Source: Methanothrix sp.
Lineage (GTDB): Archaea > Halobacteriota > Methanosarcinia > Methanotrichales > Methanotrichaceae
Direction of reading: 5' to 3'
Assembly (NCBI GenBank): GCA_037128175.1
Contig: JBAXWY010000021.1
Span: forward strand, 1 to 44,478
DNA length: 44,478 nucleotides
In this document: positions 18,969-26,179 of the stretch, piece after piece
Layout: each line of letters opens with the position of its first letter
Numbering within the stretch: the stretch's first letter is position 1
The notes under the pieces: generated by a model
Seen by the model: only the letters and a program-made list of their open reading frames with translations
Databases searched by the model: none
Told to the model about the DNA's origin: nothing
Program-made: the position numbers and the translations under genes

Positions 18969-19271
18969 TCAACTTCCTAAAACATCTTCATGCAGTCCGA
19001 AATCAACTATTACGATGCGATTATTATCATAATCGATTCTGTAACGAATGACCCAATGGTCCTTAAGGTGAACTTCTCTATCCCCAGCTTTATCATGACT
19101 GAGGGGTTTACCGCATTCTGGCTCACGGCAAAGCTTTTCGAGTCTCTTTTCGATCTGTCTTTCCAGCCCTTTGCCTTTCTTCTTGGCATCGGATAAAAGC
19201 TTACCAACCGATTTAGGGATAAACAGGTCAAAAGGCGTCTTCGTTTTGCCAAGAGGAATAAACCTTAACAT
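18969..19271 (-). CDS. RelE/ParE family toxin
   Basis: 100-aa basic protein with LCREPECGKPL..DKAGDREVHL..WVIRYRID....IVIVDFGLHEDV RelE-type pattern. Confidence 0.85.
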   Translation of the reverse strand: MLRFIPLGKTKTPFDLFIPKSVGKLLSDAKKKGKGLERQIEKRLEKLCREPECGKPLSHDKAGDREVHLKDHWVIRYRIDYDNNRIVIVDFGLHEDVLGS

Positions 19272-19274
19272 ATT

Positions 19275-19466
19275 TCAAATCTTTTCTAGATAATCTTTTA
19301 ATCCCTCAGATGAGGTAATAAGCGTACCTTCCCCGCGCAAGTATTCCTCCCAGGCCGCGTTTGTTCTAGCCAAAGCGACTGGATCTCGGATTAAAGCCCG
19401 GTCTGTCTTCTTTTTCCTGGAGAAACGATGAATCATTGCCCGAACCCAAGATATGTTAATAGTCAT
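19275..19466 (-). CDS. Putative cognate antitoxin
   Basis: Small ORF 3 bp upstream of the toxin; AWEEYLRGEG...SSEGLKDYLEKI resembles RelB-type C-termini. Confidence 0.7.
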   Translation of the reverse strand: MTINISWVRAMIHRFSRKKKTDRALIRDPVALARTNAAWEEYLRGEGTLITSSEGLKDYLEKI

Positions 19467-19609
19467 CTGAAGCTCCTTCTATCACAAATGTAATAAACTC
19501 CCTAGGATTATAAGTTTTCCTGTCGAATGATCGATGGCCACGCTCGTCCCTCTGCTCGGCTAGGCGGACTAGCCCGCTCCCGCTCGCCCTGCTTTCTGGG
19601 GCACACAGA

Positions 19610-19660
19610 CGCGCCCCCGGCGGGCCTCCGCTGCCCAGCCCCCACAACGCCCGCACGGCA
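19610..19660 (+). repeat. GC-rich TA-array repeat, copy 2
   Basis: CGCGCCCCCGGCGGGCCTCCGCTGCCCAG; core 14-mer GGCCTCCGCTGCCC at 19623. Confidence 0.85.
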
Positions 19661-19747
19661 ACCTGCAAGACCTCATCAGATTAAAGAGAGGCCAGACGGC
19701 CCGCCTATTTTATCTATCTGAATGCGGAAAGATAGGACTGTGATCTC

Positions 19748-19963
19748 ATGTTCGTTCTAACTGCGGTGATTCACAAGGAAGAGGAAATGTACATCGCTGA
19801 GTGTCCTGAGGTTGGGACAGTGAGCCAGGGTTTTACTGTGGAAGAGGCCGTAGCCAATCTTAAGGAGGCTACGGAACTTTACCTTGAGGAGTTTCCCTTG
19901 GAAGGAGAACTCAAGATGGCTTTTGTGACAACCTTCGAGGTGCCACAGGTTGCCAAGACTTAA
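19748..19963 (+). CDS. hicB: HicB family antitoxin
   Basis: AVIHKEEEMYIAECPEVGTVSQGFTVEEAVANLKEATELYLE is a canonical HicB domain. Confidence 0.93.
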   Translation: MFVLTAVIHKEEEMYIAECPEVGTVSQGFTVEEAVANLKEATELYLEEFPLEGELKMAFVTTFEVPQVAKT

Positions 19964-20181
19964 GGATTGTCTCTGGAGAAGATACAATCAAGATTCTCTG
20001 CAACAAATTCGGATTCGATATATCCGGTAGCTCCAAAAGTCACATTCGGCTCTCAAAGATGACTTCAGAGGGAAAGGTAGGAACAGTTGTGCCAAAGCAC
20101 CCCGAACTGAAGATAGGCACATTAAAGGGCATTTTGAAGCAGGCCAGAGTGGACCCGAAGGATTTTGCGGAATTTCTATAA
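19950..20181 (+). pseudogene. hicA: HicA family toxin, start codon out of frame with the body
   Basis: Body 19960-20181 reads LRIVSGEDTIKILCNKFGF...SHIRL...VVPKHPELKIGTLKGILKQA with no in-frame ATG/GTG/TTG at its 5' end. TTG 19950 (after SD GAGGTG, giving MPRL) needs a +1 shift. Confidence 0.85.
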
Positions 20182-20234
20182 CTTCAATTCAGGGCAAAAA
20201 AATCGACTTCAGTACGAGAACTCAGCCTCCCAGT

Positions 20235-20350
20235 GCCCCGGCGGGCCTCCGCTGCCCAGACCCCGCACAGCCGCACGAGGCCGCCGCCCACACACGCGCG
20301 CGGGCGGGGGTCGCACGGGCATCTACGAGAAGGAATAAATAATTTGCAGT
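20235..20350 (+). repeat. GC-rich TA-array repeat, copy 3
   Basis: Core 14-mer at 20244; the 3' about 80 bp is nearly identical to copy 1. Confidence 0.9.
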
Positions 20351-20392
20351 GCATCTCTTGATATCAGTGATTGGATCACGGGGACAAAGAGC

Positions 20393-20683
20393 TTGAATAT
20401 TTATAGCAAATTACAGGAGAGCCGTGCGGAGATATTAGCCATCGCTGCCAAGCATGGAGCCTACAACGTCCGCATCTTTGGCTCAGTAGCCAGACATGAG
20501 GCCGATTCGGCCAGCGACCTTGACCTGCTGGTGGAGATGGAGCCCGAAAGGAGCCTTCTCGATCTGGGTGGACTGCTCATGGATCTTCAGGAGCTTCTAG
20601 GTTGCCGGGTTGATGTCGTGACCGAGAAGGGGCTGCGCGGACGTATCCGGGAGCGCGTCCTCAAAGAGGCTAGGGCGTTATGA
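20393..20683 (+). CDS. mntA: Minimal nucleotidyltransferase (MNT) antitoxin
   Basis: [19 protein letters not shown] (GS-x10-DxD) and [13 protein letters not shown]. Confidence 0.92.
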   Translation: MNIYSKLQESRAEILAIAAKHGAYNVRIFGSVARHEADSASDLDLLVEMEPERSLLDLGGLLMDLQELLGCRVDVVTEKGLRGRIRERVLKEARAL

Positions 20684-21027
20684 GAGATGACAGAGAATGG
20701 TTGCTGGATATCCTGGAAGCAATAGAGAGAATTGAGAAGTATTCTTCCCGAGGCAGACAGACTTTTGAGGAAGACGAATTGATCCAGAACTGGATAGTGC
20801 ACCAGCTACAGATAATTGGCGAAGCTCTCCGCTCAATATCTGACGATTTTAGGATAGAGCACGACGATATTCCCTGGAAGGAGACCATTGGTATGAGAAA
20901 TATCCTGGTCCACCGCTATTTTGATCTGGATACGGATCTGGTCTGGAAGGCAGTAATCAGAGATCTGCCTTATCTGAAAGAAAAAGTAAGATCCGTCTTA
21001 GAAGAATATGACAAAACATCTTCTTGA
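20680..21027 (+). CDS. hepT: HEPN (DUF86) RNase toxin
   Basis: [23 protein letters not shown] (R-x4-H plus Tyr); 4-bp overlap with the MNT gene. Confidence 0.92.
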   Translation: MRDDREWLLDILEAIERIEKYSSRGRQTFEEDELIQNWIVHQLQIIGEALRSISDDFRIEHDDIPWKETIGMRNILVHRYFDLDTDLVWKAVIRDLPYLKEKVRSVLEEYDKTSS

Positions 21028-21081
21028 AAACTGTCTGATTGGCTTATTCCTTTCAGGTACCGGGCCCTTGCGAGCGAGCCC

Positions 21082-21160
21082 CGCGCCCCGGCTGGCCTCC
21101 GCTGCCCGGACCACGCACAGCCGCCCGGAGTCGGGGCTGTGGTCAGGAGGAGGCAGCGGA
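21082..21160 (+). repeat. GC-rich TA-array repeat, copy 4 (hairpin)
   Basis: Core 14-mer at 21094; TCCGCTGCC (21098-21106) is complementary to GGCAGCGGA (21152-21160). Confidence 0.85.
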
Positions 21161-21219
21161 TTGTCAGTCCAAAGATTCATATCCAACCATCAGCATAATA
21201 GTAAGAGAGGCATACTAGC

Positions 21220-21372
21220 ATGGCACGGCCAATTGAATTAGGCTTAATCCTGGAAGGCGAAGATGCAGAAGAGTTCTTAGAGGATATCAGGAACCCCAAA
21301 AAACCCACAAAGGAGCAGATGGAGATGTTTCGGGAAGCCATCCGGATATACAAAGAGCATCCTGCTTCATGA
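21220..21372 (+). CDS. 50-aa putative antitoxin of the GNAT toxin
   Basis: Manual translation MARPIELGLILEGEDAEEFLEDIRNPKKPTKEQMEMFREAIRIYKEHPAS resembles the toxin-binding C-terminus of DUF1778/TacA. ATGA overlap with the GNAT start. Not in the ORF track. Confidence 0.8.
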   Translation: MARPIELGLILEGEDAEEFLEDIRNPKKPTKEQMEMFREAIRIYKEHPAS

Positions 21373-21916
21373 AGCTCTTTCCTATCGATCAGCTTCGGGT
21401 AGAATATTTAAGAGAAAGTCATAACATCTCGTTTTTTAGTTGCAGCAATGGCGACCTGAATGATTCTTGAAGAGTGATGCAAAGAAATCCCAGGAGGATC
21501 TGATAAGCAGGACATATTTGTGTCTTTGGCAAGACAGCATACTGGGCTACCTGACGCTTGTCACGGACACGATTGAAGTCAAGCTGATAGAAAAAGATGA
21601 TGGCGTGGATGGCTATCCCTATCCCAGATATCCCTCCATAAAAATTGCCAGGTTGGCTGTTGAGGAAAAGTTTGAGGGATGTGGCATAGGGCGCTTTCTG
21701 TTGTTTTGGGCTACTGGTAAGGTTTACCAGTTGTCTAACGAGGTCGGATGCAGGTACATAACCCTGGACTCGAAACGCGAATCTCTTGGTTTTTATGAAA
21801 ATTTCGGGTTTAAGGTGATAATGAAATATGCAAGCCGCAACTTTCCGCCCATGTACCTCAACATGTATCCAATTGTCTTGCAGATGCGGCAAGAAGATTC
21901 TGAGAGTGTGGTGTGA
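21369..21916 (+). pseudogene. GNAT acetyltransferase toxin (TacT/AtaT-like), frameshifted
   Basis: MKLFPIDQ...FSCSNGDLND then a stop. Adding one T at about 21465 restores DLNDFLKSDA and joins to YPSIKIARLAVEEKFEGCGIGRFLL...LGFYENFGF. Confidence 0.85.
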
Positions 21917-22060
21917 TGTCCTGCTGCTCAAGCTCGATGCCGACGGCAACATCGTCCGGCAGTCCAGCCGGGGCGCATGCGAGAACGCGCCCCAGCGGGC
22001 CTCCGCTGCCCGGCCCACGCACAGCCGCACGAGGGCAGCCGCCCAGACACACGTCAGCCC
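21915..22060 (+). repeat. GC-rich TA-array repeat, copy 5
   Basis: Core 14-mer at 21998; GCTGCCC (22005-22011) is complementary to GGGCAGC (22033-22039). Confidence 0.88.
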
Positions 22061-22158
22061 GCCCTGACAAGCTGCGTTAGCCCAGGCTGGGCCCACGAGC
22101 GGCTGTCTAAACCATGCGAAGAAAAAGTCTATATCTCATCGAAGATTATATTTCTTTG

Positions 22159-22194
22159 ATGTTTGCAGAATATATTCAGGCTGCACTGGATAGC
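22159..22194 (+). pseudogene. Truncated HicB-like antitoxin start
   Basis: MFAEYIQAALD resembles the N-terminus of a HicB subfamily; similarity ends after about 11 codons. Confidence 0.5.
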
Positions 22195-22268
22195 AGCGCA
22201 TCTGGCGTCGGGCTACCCTGTCCCTCCTCTTCGACTATCCAAAGTACTATGCCAAAGCTAAGAAGAAG

Positions 22269-22424
22269 AATCGATCACTCAATGCAAGCATGGTAATCAG
22301 AACCCTCGGACTAAGGGGGATAGCCTGTGGAGAACCGACCTTTGGCTTGGGCCAGACTGCCCGGGTAAGAGTCGGTTAGTCGAAGTAAGAAAGCCCCATC
22401 CTTTAGGGGTGGGGAGGAAGTCAC
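22269..22424 (+). mobile_element. tnpB: IS200/IS605 remnant: tnpB 3' tip, omega-RNA scaffold region and right end
   Basis: 22269-22379 translates NRSLNASMVIRTLGLRGIACGE (TnpB DRDxNAAxNI...ACGE tail). It is followed by the hairpin AAGCCCCATCCTTTAGGGGTGGGG and terminal AGGAAGTCAC. Confidence 0.85.
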
Positions 22425-22426
22425 CG

Positions 22427-22921
22427 ATGAGTGTGCATAGCGGCGGAATTCTCTTATTCAGGATAAAAGACAAAAGGCTCGAGGTGTTGCTTGTCCATCC
22501 GGGTGGCCCTTTTTGGTCCGGAAAAGATAATGGTGCCTGGTCGATACCCAAAGGGGCATTTGAAGGGCAGGAAAGCCCACTCGAAGCCGCTAAAAGGGAA
22601 TTCAAAGAGGAAACCGGCTCTGAGGTTACAGGACGGTTCACAAATCTTGGCACAATAAGGCAGCCCAGCAAAAAGATTGTGCACGTGTGGGCACATCAAT
22701 CTGATTTAGATGTGGCTTTTGCCACTAGCAATAAATTCACCATGGAATGGCCGAGAAAATCAGGAATCATAAGAGAATTTCCAGAGGTCGATAAAGCCGA
22801 ATGGTTTGATATTGAGATAGCCAGGAAAAAGATCCTGAAAGGGCAAGCCGGTTTTATTGATAGACTTCTGGGTGCGATCAATTATGGGCCAAAAAAAGAA
22901 GCTATTAGAGGGCCTTCTTGA
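22427..22921 (+). CDS. NUDIX hydrolase
   Basis: LLVHPGGPFW, WSIPKG, Nudix box GAFEGQESPLEAAKREFKEETG, FPEVDKAEWF. Confidence 0.92.
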   Translation: MSVHSGGILLFRIKDKRLEVLLVHPGGPFWSGKDNGAWSIPKGAFEGQESPLEAAKREFKEETGSEVTGRFTNLGTIRQPSKKIVHVWAHQSDLDVAFATSNKFTMEWPRKSGIIREFPEVDKAEWFDIEIARKKILKGQAGFIDRLLGAINYGPKKEAIRGPS

Positions 22922-23603
22922 CCTTATCCACCAGCTCCGCCCGGATGGCGCTTCTGCGGTCTCCACCGCAGACGATGCCCCGTACGCCGATGATGTCCGG
23001 CTGCAGTCGCCCGAGAAGCTCCAGGTGGGCGAAGCTGATGCTTCCGGCAATTGCTACCTCCAGACCGGCGGCATGACCCAGAGCAATAAAATCCAGCAGA
23101 TCCTGCTCGCTCATGAAATCAAAGGTAGGCTTCCCGTCTTTGATGGCCGTGTCCACCATGACCAGGTCTGCGCCGGCTTTGGCAGCAGCCGCGGGCAGGA
23201 GCCGGGGCGAGATGGATCCGACCCGGGCGTAGTCGGAGTAGCCTGATGCAACTACCTTCTTACCGGCATCGAAGTCCTTGACCGCTCGCACAATGCCCAC
23301 CAGCATCTCTTCCGCTTGAGCCGGAGTCTTCACACCCAAAAGGCCCGCCTTTACGTACTCGGCACCGGATACGGCCGCGCCTAAAGCCGCCAGGCTCGCT
23401 GTGCCCGGTTTGAATTCCAGGTCGCCGATGGTGGCGGAAACCGGCACCCGGCCTTTGGCCAGGTCTACCACAGCCCGGATGGCCCAGGGAAAGTTCGCGC
23501 CAAGTGATCCCTCTTTGGGATTTTTTACGTCAATTATGTCTGCACCGCCGGCCAGAGCCGCTTGTGCTTCATCGATATTCATGGGGCTAACCAACAATCT
23601 CAT
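22905..23603 (-). CDS. mfnB: (5-formylfuran-3-yl)methyl phosphate synthase, methanofuran biosynthesis
   Basis: MRLLVSP..EA, GGADIIDVKNPKEGSLGANFPW, VSATIGD, YVKAGL, MVDTAIKDG, DIIGVRG. Confidence 0.95.
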   Translation of the reverse strand: MRLLVSPMNIDEAQAALAGGADIIDVKNPKEGSLGANFPWAIRAVVDLAKGRVPVSATIGDLEFKPGTASLAALGAAVSGAEYVKAGLLGVKTPAQAEEMLVGIVRAVKDFDAGKKVVASGYSDYARVGSISPRLLPAAAAKAGADLVMVDTAIKDGKPTFDFMSEQDLLDFIALGHAAGLEVAIAGSISFAHLELLGRLQPDIIGVRGIVCGGDRRSAIRAELVDKVKKAL

Positions 23604-23630
23604 ATTCATCCAATCCCGAAAGGAGCAGTC

Positions 23631-24320
23631 GTGCGATGTATCTATGTCCTCGATATACTTAATGGTGCTGTTGTCCATGCCGTGCGCGGAGAAAGAAGCA
23701 GTTATGAGCCGATAGCCGGCTTTTCTAGAATCGTTTCCACATCAGAGCCGCTGGGCATTCTGCAAGAGCTTCGACCCAGAGAGGTTTACGTCGCCGACCT
23801 TAACCTGCTGACGGGTCGCGGCGATAATCTGGCGGTCATAAAAAAGATATCGTCCGTGACCAGGACCATGGCCGATACAGGGATTTCGAAGTCCGGCGAT
23901 CTGGATCGTCTGCCGGCATCCGTCTCTTTGGTATTGGGCACGGAGACAGCCTCGCTGCAACTCATTGAAGAAGCGGCAAGAGAAAAGAGGGTAGTAGTAA
24001 GCATCGATATGATGAAAAGGAAGGTGCTTGCCCGCGATCCCGAACTGGCAGGGAAGACGCCCTTGCAGCTCTTGCAGAGGTTAAACGGCCTGAAACTGGA
24101 GGGCGTTATCCTTCTGGAGCTGGATCGTGTGGGTACATCTGCAGGACTAGACGGACCGTTTCTGGAGGAGGCAACGGCAATCGCTAAACATCCCCTCATA
24201 TTGGGAGGCGGCGTGAAGGATGAAGAAGACCTGAGGACTTTGCAGGAGATGGGCTTTTCAGGAGCGCTGCTGGCTACGGCTCTGCACAATGGCAGAATAC
24301 CTATAACGCGAGTGCAGTGA
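23631..24320 (+). CDS. HisA/HisF-related TIM-barrel protein (methanogen/methylotroph type)
   Basis: VLDILNGAVVHAVRGERSSYEPI, VYVADLN, LDRVGTSAG, LGGGV, LATALHNG. Confidence 0.88.
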   Translation: MRCIYVLDILNGAVVHAVRGERSSYEPIAGFSRIVSTSEPLGILQELRPREVYVADLNLLTGRGDNLAVIKKISSVTRTMADTGISKSGDLDRLPASVSLVLGTETASLQLIEEAAREKRVVVSIDMMKRKVLARDPELAGKTPLQLLQRLNGLKLEGVILLELDRVGTSAGLDGPFLEEATAIAKHPLILGGGVKDEEDLRTLQEMGFSGALLATALHNGRIPITRVQ

Positions 24321-24332
24321 TCTGACAATCCT

Positions 24333-24587
24333 TCATTCCTGTAATAACATATTGTTAACTTTACTTATGGTTTCATACATATTTGCGCCTTCTTTAGTCG
24401 TTCTGTATAATATGTGACTCTCTTGGCCGGCCTCTAATAAATTATTTTTAATAAGGATTTGCAAATAGGGATTTACCGTTCTGAAGTTAAGGTTGGCTTG
24501 ATATACGATTCTTGTCTTGCTGGCACCATTTATACATATTTCCAGTATTCTAGAAAATATCTCCTGTTTGCTTCTTTTCATGGTCAA
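24333..24587 (-). CDS. Small archaeal winged-helix DNA-binding protein
   Basis: RSKQEIFSRILEIC..GASKTRIVYQANLNF..YL..L...YRTTKEG pattern. Confidence 0.85.
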   Translation of the reverse strand: MTMKRSKQEIFSRILEICINGASKTRIVYQANLNFRTVNPYLQILIKNNLLEAGQESHILYRTTKEGANMYETISKVNNMLLQE

Positions 24588-24867
24588 ACTTCCTGCATTT
24601 TTATCATCACTATAGAGAAGAGATCATCTTGGATCATATAGACGATTATGTATAGTTAGAAACTACAGATCTGACCAACACTATTCTCCTTAACATTGAT
24701 TCGTATCAATGATTACTGATTATAGATTTTTTTTTAAAAAGCATAGCAATCCTGAGCTTCAAAAATAGTGATATGTGCTCGTTGGCAAGAAAAAGATTTG
24801 GGTCTGGAGCAGGACGTAGCTGCCCGGATGATGGGAAGTAAAAAGAATATGAAATAGACTGGTTCTT

Positions 24868-25596
24868 TTACAGCTTCCTGTGGCAGAACCACCAGTCTTC
24901 ACAGACCATATCTCCGCCCGTCTTCCTGGTAGCCGCTGTCTTTTCGTCGCCGGGAGGCGGAATGATCACCTGATCGCCGATAAGCTCATTGTTGGGCCAG
25001 TTAGCGGGAGCTGCTACCTTGTTCTTGTCCACAACCTGCAAAGCCTTTACTGCTCTTACGATCTCATCCATATTCCTGCCTACTTCCTGGGGATAGAAGA
25101 GGATCAGGCGGACGGTTGCCTCTGGGTCGATGATGAACACAGCCCGCACGGTGTTGGTAGCTTTTCCAGGATGGATCATGCCCATTCTCTGTGCAATCTT
25201 TCCCTGGTCGTCGGCAATGATGGGGAACTTGATCTCTACCTTTAGATTCTCTTTGATCCACTGCGTCCACTTCATATGGGAGAAGACCTGATCGATGGAC
25301 AGGCCGATTAGCTCGCAATTGAGCTTCTCAAACTCCCCTCGCCTCTTTTCAAAGGCCACAAATTCCGTTGTGCAGACTGGCGTAAAGTCTGCAGGATGGC
25401 TGAAGAACACAAACCACTTTCCTGCGAAGGCATCGGGCAAGGTCATCATGCCGTGGGTGGTCTTCACCTCCATCCTGGGCATCTTGTCCCCAATAAGCGG
25501 AAAGCCACCCTCGCTTCCACACATGTTATGCATCATTCCCATATGCTTCATTCCCATTCCCATATGTTTTCCCATCGGCGTTTCCATCTGACACAT
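24868..25596 (-). CDS. Peroxiredoxin (Prx6/archaeal type) with Met/His-rich N-terminal extension
   Basis: [45 protein letters not shown]. Confidence 0.95.
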   Translation of the reverse strand: MCQMETPMGKHMGMGMKHMGMMHNMCGSEGGFPLIGDKMPRMEVKTTHGMMTLPDAFAGKWFVFFSHPADFTPVCTTEFVAFEKRRGEFEKLNCELIGLSIDQVFSHMKWTQWIKENLKVEIKFPIIADDQGKIAQRMGMIHPGKATNTVRAVFIIDPEATVRLILFYPQEVGRNMDEIVRAVKALQVVDKNKVAAPANWPNNELIGDQVIIPPPGDEKTAATRKTGGDMVCEDWWFCHRKL

Positions 25597-25814
25597 GTAT
25601 TTTCCCTCATTTTACAACTATGAGATTTACAGTCTACCCAGTAATTAAAGGTTACTATCATCAGGTGAGCAAATGTCATCCCATGCAGACTCAAAGGTCG
25701 GTTATCATGCGGCACACGAGGTGCGATCTGTTACATGCGCGACAAAATGGCTTGAGCTAATTTTGTCTGCTGCAATTATTCTAGATTAAGATGCATGCAT
25801 TATGGCTCACGCTT

Positions 25815-26090
25815 TTACAGGATTTGTCCGATTTGCCGGCTCATAACCCTAGACTTTTTTAAAAATATATCCGGTGCCATGAACCCAGGATAGACTACAG
25901 CTCTTTTAGCCAGAGCATTCCAGCATTCCCAGCAATTCAGCTTTTTCTCCAGTTCTTCAGCTACCCAGGAGGGAGCATTGGACTGGCGTATCTCGGCTAA
26001 GATTAAATGCTTCATGATACTGCAATCCCGTTCGTCCACTGCGTCACAGGTGTGTTCAAAAAAAATGCCTTCCTCAATGAATTCATTCAT
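25815..26090 (-). CDS. Hypothetical protein with CxxC
   Basis: 91-aa ORF with 4 Cys including CWEC and an AT-rich TATA-like region upstream. Confidence 0.5.
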   Translation of the reverse strand: MNEFIEEGIFFEHTCDAVDERDCSIMKHLILAEIRQSNAPSWVAEELEKKLNCWECWNALAKRAVVYPGFMAPDIFLKKSRVMSRQIGQIL

Positions 26091-26179
26091 ATGTAACTAT
26101 TAAGCATTATAAAACTATTTAATCCTGCCGCCAATCCACTAACTTGATAACCCATAACGCGGCATAAAGGTTAGCAGAG

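Noticed and set aside
21369-21470. Selenocysteine/pyrrolysine readthrough to explain interrupted toxin genes
   Set aside because: The downstream coding sequence is in a different frame, so stop-codon readthrough cannot restore it.
21419-22096. 225-aa minus-strand ORF and other ORFs crossing the GC repeats
   Set aside because: Antisense to GNAT or read through stop-poor GC-rich repeats; no protein-like signal.
18788-22100. CRISPR array or canonical integron attC array
   Set aside because: The repeats are degenerate and separated by 0.6-0.9 kb gene modules rather than 30-40 bp spacers. attC R-boxes are not consistently present (isolated GGCTAAC at 18801 and GTTAGCC near 22076 only), and there is no cas or intI gene in the window.
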